A stretch of 32,000 nucleotides of DNA from contig MTSL01000167.1 in assembly GCA_002794465.1 (NCBI GenBank), positions 2,368 through 34,367 on the forward strand, read 5' to 3'. Of this stretch, positions 11,287-20,994 are shown piece by piece (position 1 is the first letter of the stretch; each line of letters opens with the position of its first letter). A program made the position numbers and the translations under genes. The notes beneath the pieces were generated by a model. The model was not told where the DNA came from, searched no databases, and worked only from the letters and a program-made list of their open reading frames with translations. This DNA comes from Paramicrosporidium saccamoebae KSL3. Its lineage: Eukaryota > Fungi > Cryptomycota.

Positions 11287-14200
11287 ATGACCGGATTGGG
11301 CAACGGGATGCCGTCGTGTCGTAGGACGACTGAGGGACTGGTTGTGCGACTGGATGGACGGGGCGAGCCGTGGCCAGCATACAAGGTAACATTGAGAGGG
11401 AGATGATGATAAAGATAGTTTATACGGACATCTGAACGTCAATTGGCGTTTTTTATCGATGCGGACTATGTGTCGATGGAGGGGGAGGATGTGTTTCTGG
11501 AGATAGGGGAACGTCGGGAAAAGTAAACCAATGATATCGATTAACACGATTTAGATTTGTGGAGGAGAATGGACAGAGCCTTGTGGCACGGATATGTAGT
11601 CCTGACGGAACTTTTTGCTATCGGGTGCGTAATGGAAGTCAATGCAGTAATGGCGGAACCATCCAAACCCTCATCCAACTCCGATTGAAAGACAAGACGA
11701 TATCAGCAGATCAGATTGTGTTGCAGACGTTGGTTTCCAAATGGATGGGTCCAATAGCGGAATGGCAGCCGCATCTGAAAGCAGCTAGTGAAGCTGGCTT
11801 TAATATGATCCATTTTACTCCATTGCAGAAACGGGGAATGTCCAACTCGCCCTATTCCATCTACAACCATTTGGAATTAGACCCCAGCCTATTCAGAGAT
11901 GGCACCCACCAGAACATGGAGGAGCTACAGAGGACAGTAGAATGGATGGAAAAGGAACTGGGAGTATTGGCACTGATTGATGTGGTGTGGAACCACACGG
12001 CCTGCGACAGTCCGTGGCTGGCAGACCATCCTGAAGCGGGCTATACTGTGCAGAATTCCCCCCATCTGGGCATTGCCTTTGAACTGGACGAAGCCATCCT
12101 TAAATACTCTAATGAAATCGAGTCGATGCATAATCTCTCTGCCGAGGTGGGATGTGAGGAGGATGTGCAAAAGATTTTGGAAGTGTTTGGAAACCACGTG
12201 TTGCCAGATCTGGCATTGTGGGAATATTTTGTAGTGGATGTTTCGAGAGCGGTGATGGAATTGGAAGCCGTCTTTCGACGAGAAGCTGTACACTCTCCCA
12301 AAGTGGAAATACCATCGACAGTGACTTTTCTAGAAGAGGCGACTTTGGACGATGGCTGCTTCCGTCGAAATTCTCATCGAATGGATGTGGATATGGTAAA
12401 GACACATTATCGACAAGAATTGGAGGAATACCGTCGGACGCCCAATGAACGCGATCGCAGTCTTTTGCTTTCCCGAGTGCTGAATGAATATCGGCTGCAA
12501 CTCGATCAGATTAACTATCCGCGCTATCAGCGATACGATGAAAAGGTGCAACAAATCCTAACAAATTTGACTAACCGATTGGTCTATGAACGGGTCGCAG
12601 AGAATGGTCCACGGATGGGACCCATTGATGCACAAAATCCTCTCGTTTCCACTTACTTTACTCGCATCCCCCGACAGGATGGTGGAGTGTGGGCTTTTGC
12701 CAATAACGGATGGATTTGGGATGCCGATCCATTACTTAATTTTGCCGAAGCAACCAGCGATGCTTATTTTACACGCGAAGTGATAGTGTGGGGCGACTGT
12801 GTAAAGTTGCGCTTTGGAAAAGGACCGGAGGACAGCCCGTGGCTGTGGGATTATATGCAGCGCTATACGGCTCAGATGGCGTCCCTATTCCATGGATTCC
12901 GTATCGACAATTGTCATTCCACGCCCCTCCACGTGGCAGAGGGACTTTTAAGGGTGGCGCGACAACATCGTCCCAATTTGTATGTCTGTGCTGAGTTGTT
13001 TACGGGATCAGAAGAACGCGATTTGCTGTATGTGACACGATTGGGTCTCAACTCGCTGATCCGGGAAGCCATGGTGGCTTGGGATACCAGCGAATTGGGC
13101 CGTACCACTGCCAAATACGGTGGTCAGCCATCCGGTCCCTTTGATCGTCCCGAGTATCAAAACCCCCAATCAATGGGGATCCGTCCCTACCAATTAACAG
13201 GAATTTGTCCCTCTCAACCACATGCTCTGTACATGGACTGCACCCACGACAATGAAACCCCCACACAACGGAGAACCACTGAAGACGCCCTATCCAATGC
13301 CGCTGTGGTGGCCATGTGTAGTGCCGCCATCGGAAGCACACGTGGCTATGACGAACTTGTAGCAACGCATCTTAATATTGTCACAGAACAGCGCCATTAT
13401 CAAAAGCCCGATCTGACCATGGGAATGTGGAGGGTTCGGGGTGAGCTAAACCGCATCCATCAGCAAATTGTGGAGGAGGGACTGACAGACATTTCGGTGC
13501 AGCAGGATCACGATTTGCTTCTCATCCGACGTACTAATCCAGCCACAACAAAATCACTACTATTGCTCGCCCGTACTGCCTTTGGTCCTACCAACTCTTC
13601 GTCCATCTGTATCAATCCAATTGATTCCATGACTAATCAATTAGACGAACCGATTGTCTCTGAACGGTACAAAATGGCTGCGATTCTATCGGCACGGATA
13701 ATGGTCATCGGACCGTCCACTGAGGGAAGTGACGTGTTTCCTGTAATCCCCACGCGTGTAGAAATGTCCACTGGTCGGATTGTGGAGGGAATGGCGGATT
13801 TGGACCCGACCTGTCATCGATTGGAGCTCACAAACTTTTCTCCTGGTTCGGTTCTCATTCTCTCCTGCGAACCCGAGTTTGTTGTTCCCCGCCCGCTCCT
13901 GCAACGCGACGACTGGAAGGCGGTGGAGGAGACAATTCAAAAGTTGGATCTGGTAGAGTTGAACATTTTGTTGTATCGTTGTGCGGAAGAGGAGAATGAC
14001 AGTCCCAGTACATTGTAGTAGGGTTTGACTCTGTAGTGCAAATTGGAACATATACACTCCCCGGATATGGGGCATTGGTGTATTCAGGACTGCAGGGTTT
14101 CTATGCCGTAATCAAAAAGTTGCAGAATGCCCCCAACGACCATTGTCCGTTGTGTGACAATGTCCAGAGCGGCGATTGGGCTCTTGACTATTTGTGCAAT

Positions 14201-15883
14201 AGACTTGATCGAAAGAATTATCCGCGATTGAGAGAATTGCAACAGGTTCTAAAACCAATCATGGAGGATATTAAGGGATTGGAGTCGAATATGAAGCCAC
14301 GCCGTTTTGTGGAATTGGTATCCCAACTTTGCCAGACGGCCAAAGAACACGCTGTTGCTTTAATGAATCTCTCTAATCAAAGCGAATTGGTTCAGTCATT
14401 GGCTCTCACTTCGGTGCAGCTAATGACGGCAGTGGGATCTACGGGGCTGCATCCGACCGAATCGACTCGGCCCAGTTTGTCAGCGGGATTACCGCATTTT
14501 ACCACCCATCATATGCGTTGTTGGGGTCGTGACATTTTCATCTCATTGCCGGGTCTGCTTCTTCGGACGGGTCGCTTTGAGGAAGCCAAGCACCATCTGC
14601 TGGCCTTTGCAGCTTGTTATTACCGCGGTCTAATCCCCAACCTGTTGGATAGTGGACGAAGACCCCGTTATAATGCCCGAGATGCCACCTGGTTCTTCTT
14701 ACACTCCCTCCAACGTTATTGTCGATTACGGTCTAAGAACCAAGGCACCGAGGGTGTTCGGGATGTCCAGGAGTTGCTAAACACTATGGTGCCCATGCGA
14801 TTCCCCAACGATATTTACGTCGACTATGACGATCCCACCATCTTTACCCGCACCCGTAGACTTGCAGACATTGTACAGGACATTCTACAAGCGCATGCCC
14901 GTGGCATCCAATTTCGAGAGTGGAATGCCGGTCCAGCCCTTGATCCGGTAATGACGGATGGCGGCTTTGCCATTAATGTGCGCTTGGATCCACAAACCGG
15001 AATGATCCATGGTGGCAACCAACACAATTGTGGCACGTGGATGGACAAGATGGGTGAATCAAGCTCAGCAGGAAACCGAGGAGTGCCTACCACCCCACGC
15101 GACGGTGCCAGTATTGAGATTACTGCCTTGTTGGCTTCATGTTTGGACTGGCTGATTGCTGACAATCCCACAGGCAAAAAGTGTGTGACATTGGACAGTG
15201 ACGCCGGAAATAAGACGGGAAAGGGTGGAGTGAAAAAGGAAACTGCTAGCGGAACGAGCGAGTTGACATTTGTCGAGTGGAGACTCCGATTGCAAGAAAA
15301 CTTTGAAAAGTGCTTTTATATTCCCATGGAAAAGGACGACGACAATGGATACAAGATGGATCCCGTCCGAGTGGGTCGGCGTGGCATTTACAAAGACACA
15401 TTCGGCGCCTCTTCTCCATCAGCCGATTACCAATTCCGTCCCAATATGGTCGTTGCCATGGCCATTGCACCGACATTATTTGTCCAAAAACACGCCCAAT
15501 ACGCCCTAAAACTGGTGGAGGAGGTGCTGGTGGGTCCATTAGGCATGCGCACCCTTGATCCGCTTGATCCATCCTATCGACCGGACTATAACAACGGAGA
15601 CGACTCGCAGGATCCTCACATTGCTCGAGGCGCCAACTACCATCAAGGTCCCGAGTGGCTTTGGCTACTTGGATTCCATCTTAATGCCCTCTTCCATTTC
15701 CGTCAAATCACCTCTCTTGAAATGCTACATCGGTTGCAAGCACATTGGAAGTGTCTGCAGGGCGATTGGGAGGGATTGCCTGAACTCACCAACCGCGACG
15801 GTGCATTTTGTCGGGATTCTTGTGTCTCCCAGGCATGGTCATCTGCCACCATTCTCGATGCGTTGCTCTCTCTCAAGGAATAG
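11287..15883 (+). CDS. GDB1: Glycogen debranching enzyme (4-alpha-glucanotransferase / amylo-1,6-glucosidase)
   Basis: Exons 11287-11385, 11419-11522, 11555-14007, 14037-15883 (introns 33, 32, 29 nt); about 1500 aa, with a possible extra stopless 36-nt intron at 13609-13644. GFNMIHFTPLQ..SNSPYSIY, DVVWNHTA, FRIDNCHSTP, CAELFTG, DCTHDNETP, RCWGRDIFISL, PRYNARDATW, NCGTWMDKMGES, NYHQGPEW, QAWS. Confidence 0.95.
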
Positions 15884-15971
15884 AATCCCGACTCAATAAA
15901 GTAGATGGACTTTTTGTACAAAAACAGCTACTATACTCTCTCTCTCATTTTTACATTATCAGTGCCTTTAC

Positions 15972-16569
15972 TTATACAAGTGTGGCTATTGCAATGCAGC
16001 CAGCTATGATGGCGCTTGTGACAAGTGTCCAATCCACATTTACAATCCCTCCATCCCCGCCCCCATCCTTATTCCCATCCACCAGCTTTGCCATGGTGCG
16101 TCGGGCCATCGACTCGCCATCAATGGCACTGCGGATGGCAAAATACACTCGCAGCAAATCCTCCACCGGTTCTCCTTCTGTAATCAGCCGTTGCAATTGT
16201 TCCTCCTCCGTGCTGAAATCGAGGTGGGACGCGTCAAAGCGGTTGTGACACACCAGGAGACTACAGCTTAGACTATCTGGAAAAGTACTGTTGGAGCAGT
16301 ATGGTCTTGCTGAATGGCAAAAGTCGGTAGTACGCCATGTATTCGAGCAGTGTTCCCTTCCGGGCCAATGCATGCAGAATCTCTATCATTTGCTTCTCCG
16401 ACGAGTTGTGGGGGGTTTCCCGCGTATGTGTCGGAGTGGCAGTTTTAGCTTTCCGTGTATACTCTTCTCGGACATAAACATCTAGGGGATAGGTATCTGT
16501 TATGCATTCATCCAGTGTATGTATTTCCCGAGTATGCATACTCTCACTAAGCGTGCATTCGCCCAACAT
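15972..16569 (-). CDS. Hypothetical tail-anchored membrane protein, family not recognised
   Basis: Two ORFs joined in frame by a typical 28-nt GTACTT..TGTAG intron (16261-16288); 189 aa ending in a hydrophobic segment WTLVTSAIIAGCIAIATLV-stop. Start codon uncertain. Confidence 0.6.
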
Positions 16570-16582
16570 AATCCAATTTCCC

Positions 16583-17494
16583 TTACATCAATCGTTTATT
16601 GGTAAAGACAAAGGTCCGTGCCGGTCGCTTGTTAAATGTAACATCATCTGCAACACTCCCAATGGTGCGTCGATGCTGATATCCCACATACCGGGTGGCA
16701 TCAAAGGAAAAGGATTCGTGCAACACTAATCCCACCGAACGGGCAATCTTTTTAACATCCCAGGAATCATACGGATCGCCACACCAACATGTCAAATGTA
16801 TCTCAGGCTGCATTATTGTCTGGCCCCCATCATTCCCATCTTCTTCTTCTTCTTCATCATCGTCCCCATCTTTGTGGTTTCGGGGCTTGGGATCTTTTGC
16901 CATGGCAGCTTTCATCACAGTATTCCTAGTCAAATAGTTCATTTTGCGCTTTTCCTGCTCTCGTAGCATCTTTTCAGCAGACTGCAAAAAGCCCAAGATG
17001 AGCTTTTGTTGGGCCCGGATGTTGTAGTCACGATCCTTGATCCCCTCGCCCGTGTGGGGAAAATTAAAGATGATCCGGACTATCCGTCCCACTCCCTCCA
17101 TCCGTCCAAAGTATTTCTGGCTTAGCTTAGTGGCATCGAGTGAAAATAGCACTTGTGCTCCCGCATCCCGCAGGCGTCTCAGATGGGTGACAGAATCGGG
17201 ATATTTCCGTTGTTGTTCAGATTCGCTGTCCCACACGGTTGCAAGTATCTGCGAACCAGGCAGTGTGTCTAGGAGGGCTGCCGAGAAGCCAAAGTCGCCA
17301 TCACCAACCACTAGAACCGTCGAGTCGTCTTCCGGTCGGTACGGCTGTGGGGTCAGCTTGGCATCGCTCCACTGGTGCCACACAATGCGTGTATCCTTCT
17401 TTGCTACCTTTTCAGCCGGAACAGGGGGCGTCTTGCGCTTGGCTTCGCTCTGTATTATTCGTGCCAGTGATTTTTGCAACCTTCCTCTCTTCAT
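16583..17494 (-). CDS. BMT5: BMT5-like 25S rRNA uridine-N3 methyltransferase (DUF2431)
   Basis: 303 aa, no intron. VLVVGDGDFGFS, LATVWDS..RKYP, LDATKL, RIIFNFPHTG, F..TRYVGYQHRRT; basic N-terminus. Confidence 0.85.
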   Translation of the reverse strand: MKRGRLQKSLARIIQSEAKRKTPPVPAEKVAKKDTRIVWHQWSDAKLTPQPYRPEDDSTVLVVGDGDFGFSAALLDTLPGSQILATVWDSESEQQRKYPDSVTHLRRLRDAGAQVLFSLDATKLSQKYFGRMEGVGRIVRIIFNFPHTGEGIKDRDYNIRAQQKLILGFLQSAEKMLREQEKRKMNYLTRNTVMKAAMAKDPKPRNHKDGDDDEEEEEDGNDGGQTIMQPEIHLTCWCGDPYDSWDVKKIARSVGLVLHESFSFDATRYVGYQHRRTIGSVADDVTFNKRPARTFVFTNKRLM

Positions 17495-17866
17495 CCTTTC
17501 CGGGGTTGCGACAAGTTACGCCATATATGTATACGGATCATGAGGGATGCGCAAATAAATTCCCGCTTATGAGGTTAGGAACAGGACCCTCTATTAATGA
17601 TTGAACTTGCTTTAATGCCAGTAATACGCTATATCCTAGATCTGTTCTTCTGCCAGCGATATGTCGTGTTGCGAGTTTGATTGCCTGTCAGTAACAATGC
17701 ACACATCCAGCTTTACACCAATCATGCGCCTCGAGTTTTACACTAGCCATGTACGTTAGATCTTACACTAAGAATACATTGACAATCCCTTGGACGTTAG
17801 CAGCTCTTCAAGATTGCAGCATAATGATCGTCCATAACATGTCTCTCAGTGCACGTAGCCCCGGAA

Positions 17867-18212
17867 ATGTTCTCATCTCGTGTTCTAATGAGACACCGCG
17901 CAAGTGACGGCTGGCGGTCGTACTTTTTCAGCACCCACTTTTGGGGTCCCGGTAGCATTGGCTATCAATTAATGCATAGTGGTGAACTGGATGCTGCCGC
18001 TAGCCGCCATGGCTGACATGCGCAAGGACGCCTCCATAATCTCTGGGAAAATGACCCTCGCCCTATCCATGTATTCTCTGGTGTTTATGCGCTTCGCATG
18101 GATGGTGCAACCGCGGAATTATCTACTATTGGCGTGCCATGCGACGAACGAGGTGTGTCAGCTGTACCAAGGATATCGGTTCGTGACCCACCATCAGCTC
18201 ACTCCCATCTAA
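17867..18212 (+). CDS. MPC1: Mitochondrial pyruvate carrier subunit 1
   Basis: Exons 17867-17951 and 17980-18212, 28-nt intron; 105 aa. [22 protein letters not shown]....[34 protein letters not shown]. Confidence 0.92.
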
Positions 18213-18324
18213 TCTGTAAATAAATGGCCATGACAATGTGATTGTATCATTCAGACACATTGATCATTTTGCAGGCAAATAGCCATTATCACATCGGCAG
18301 TTGTAAATTTATTATTTAACTTTG

Positions 18325-19213
18325 ATGACTGAGCATTCCCCGCCGTCCCTCTCCACTTGTCTCATTGTATCATCCAATCCATGGATAGTCTCACCTGTAG
18401 GCAGGCGGTGTGGCCGGAACCTCGGTGGACATTATCCTATTCCCCCTCGACACTTTAAAGACGCGTCTCCAATCTGCCGGCGGATTGGCCGCCTCGGGAG
18501 GACTCCGCAGTCTCTACTCGGGTCTTTCCTCCGCCGTCCTTGGCTCTGCACCTGGCGCCGCCCTCTTCTTCCTCACCTATGAGAGCATGAAGCAGGCCTT
18601 TTCCATTCTGGTGCCGACTCAACGCGATTCGCCCTGTGTCCATTTGGTGTCCTCCAGTTTGGCCGAAATCGTAGCATTGCGCATGAATGTTCATTTATAG
18701 AGTGCATGTACGGTGAGGGTGCCTATTGAGGTATTGAAGCAGAGAATGCAAGTTTTTCAATACGAAGCCGGCCTAATGGCTGCCATGAGGCACGTCTACA
18801 GGCATGACGGGCTGTTGGGTTTCTATCGTGGCTTCCAGGCCACCCTCCAGCGCGAGATTCCCTTTGCCTGTCTCCAATTCCCGCTTTACGAGTATTTAAA
18901 GCGTCATTGGCAAGTCGATAAGGCATGGCAGGCTGCCTTGTGTGGTTCAGTCGCCGGCGGAGTCACAGCCGCTCTGACCACTCCCTTGGACGTCATCAAG
19001 ACGCGCACCATGCTCTCCACCAGAGGCGAACTCCATCAATATCGATCACCCTTGGACAGTATTCGCATGTTATGGAAGGAGGGAGGGCTGCGTCGTATAT
19101 TTGCAGGTGTCGGCCCAAGAACCTTGTGGATTTCAGTAGGCGGATTTATTTTCTTTGGTGCCTATGAAAAGTCGAAGCAGATCCTGATGCATAGTCGCAC
19201 CACTAGAGCCTGA
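18325..19213 (+). CDS. PET8: Mitochondrial S-adenosylmethionine carrier (SLC25A26/Pet8 type)
   Basis: Exons 18325-18366, 18401-18670, 18701-19213 (introns 34, 30 nt); 274 aa. AGGVAGTSVDIILFPLDTLKTRLQ, GSAPGAALFF, RVPIEVLKQR, REIPFACLQFPLYE, TTPLDVIKTR. Confidence 0.9.
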
Positions 19214-19443
19214 TTACATAATAGAACAGTTGTAGAGTATGCTGAATAGTAGAGTATTAACAATTGTAAAGTACCAACACCTATGAAATACTGATAACTG
19301 TAATATTCATCGCAGCGTGCCTATAGACAACTGCAAACACGTCATGCTAGTAACATGTAGCCCGATTGGCAGTTGCTAATTACCCCTTTGGGAAGTGATT
19401 GGCTCTGAAACAACTGTCCCTGTTTATAAACACTTTGGTGCGC

Positions 19444-20895
19444 ATGAAACCCAGCAACACAACAGAGACAATGCCTATTGAAGAATTACCAACACTGGGA
19501 CATAAGGTCGCCATGGAAAAGGACCAACTCCGCGATAGCTGTACCTCGATAGAAACGCTCACCAGTGAGAACAGTTTGGTCAAGTTGAAGACTGCTCCCT
19601 CGGCACGCAGCACTGAGGCATTGGCCACCCCACCCAACACGGGCCATCTCCACAACTTGACGACGGAACAACGGGAAAAACTGTTCCAGCTGTGGGAAAT
19701 GCTGTTTGATTACTTCTCGGCGCCGTTTGACCGCACACCCTCAAAACGACAGAAAGAGGTCAGTCTGGAACGACTGGACGGATGTCTTCAAGATGCCTAT
19801 GAGCGGAAAGAAACAACTGTCACAGAGGGCGAGAGTACGGCATTTGAGAGCAATCCGCTGACAGGAGAAATGTTCTCGCAATGCTCCACGGACGACTCTG
19901 ATCGGACTGTGCTGAGGTATTTGCGGGCCAGGAAATGGGTAGTCCCTGATGCCTTTAACATGCTCACCGATGCTCTCAAATGGCGCCATTCGAGCGGACT
20001 ACGTGAGCTAATGTGCGAAGGAGAGCGAAAGATAAAGATGTCCTTAATGGAGGGTGGGAAGAATTTCTTTTGGAAGACGGACAAGGATGGACGTCTCGTG
20101 TGCTATATTAGGTCGCGACTGCATGATAAGAATGCCCAAACATTGGCAGAGTCTATTGACTTTACTATTTTGACTGTGGAAGTGGGTCGTCGATTGCGAG
20201 ACCATGAGGATCAGCTAGTCACGGTGATCTTTGATCTGAGAGACGCCCCTCTTTCCTCCCTGGATGTTGGGATGATGCAGTTCATGGTCCAAGCTCTGCA
20301 ATCCTTCTATCCCGAAATCTTGGGCAAATGTCTGGTGATGGAGGCGCCGTGGATTTTCAATGGATTTTGGAAGATGGTGCGTCCTTTACTGGACCCTGCA
20401 GTGGCTGCCAAAATCGAGTTTATAAAACAGGCCGACTTGACCACCTATGTCGACGCGGACAAGATTCCTCTGGAATACGGCGGAACTGACGTTTTTTCCT
20501 ACCAGTACACCCTCCCCCAGATCACCGACTATCCCCGTCCGGCCTCGGAGAGCGAATCGCAGCTATTGTTGACCCGGTTGGAGGTCCTTAAGACGCGCTT
20601 TGTGGAATGCACCCGGGAAATGCATTCCTTCATGGCGCGAGTTGATTCGCCTCTGGAGTTAGAATCGCTCCTTCTTCCCCATCGTGAGCGACGTGATGAG
20701 ATTAAAAAACAACTTCAGAATTGCTATCGACAATTTGACACGTTGGTCCTGCCCAAGACGCACTATCATCGGATTGGCGTCCTGGATGAGGATTGGCGTG
20801 TGGATTGGAGCCGATACAAGAGTCCACCTTCGCCACCTGAATGTCGCATGTCAGCCCCTCCCATTTTGGAAGAAAAGCTGTATTGTAAAAAATAA
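19444..20895 (+). CDS. CRAL-TRIO/Sec14-family lipid transfer protein (fungal Csr1-like)
   Basis: First ATG at 19444 (the ORF track starts at a TTG). VLRYLRARKW..AFNML..LKWR, DKDGRLVCYIR, IFDL, QSFYPEILG, APWIFNGFWKMVRPLLDPAVAAKIEF, IPLEYGG. Confidence 0.85.
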   Translation: MKPSNTTETMPIEELPTLGHKVAMEKDQLRDSCTSIETLTSENSLVKLKTAPSARSTEALATPPNTGHLHNLTTEQREKLFQLWEMLFDYFSAPFDRTPSKRQKEVSLERLDGCLQDAYERKETTVTEGESTAFESNPLTGEMFSQCSTDDSDRTVLRYLRARKWVVPDAFNMLTDALKWRHSSGLRELMCEGERKIKMSLMEGGKNFFWKTDKDGRLVCYIRSRLHDKNAQTLAESIDFTILTVEVGRRLRDHEDQLVTVIFDLRDAPLSSLDVGMMQFMVQALQSFYPEILGKCLVMEAPWIFNGFWKMVRPLLDPAVAAKIEFIKQADLTTYVDADKIPLEYGGTDVFSYQYTLPQITDYPRPASESESQLLLTRLEVLKTRFVECTREMHSFMARVDSPLELESLLLPHRERRDEIKKQLQNCYRQFDTLVLPKTHYHRIGVLDEDWRVDWSRYKSPPSPPECRMSAPPILEEKLYCKK

Positions 20896-20994
20896 ATTTA
20901 CTATTGTAAAGTGTGAAATGGTTATCTGAGGATTATATTGGTATTACGGCTATATTCCCACCGTAGAACGTTATCTCACAATTACCACCTCGGT

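Noticed and set aside
11245-11547. 100-aa minus-strand ORF in the apparent gap between the glycogen genes
   Set aside because: The region is occupied by the first two exons of the debranching enzyme on the plus strand.
4007-19278. Identical 12-mer taaagtaccaac in two 3' regions (4007-4018 and 19267-19278)
   Set aside because: By rough estimate about one 12-mer match is expected by chance within a few kb of AT-rich intergenic DNA.
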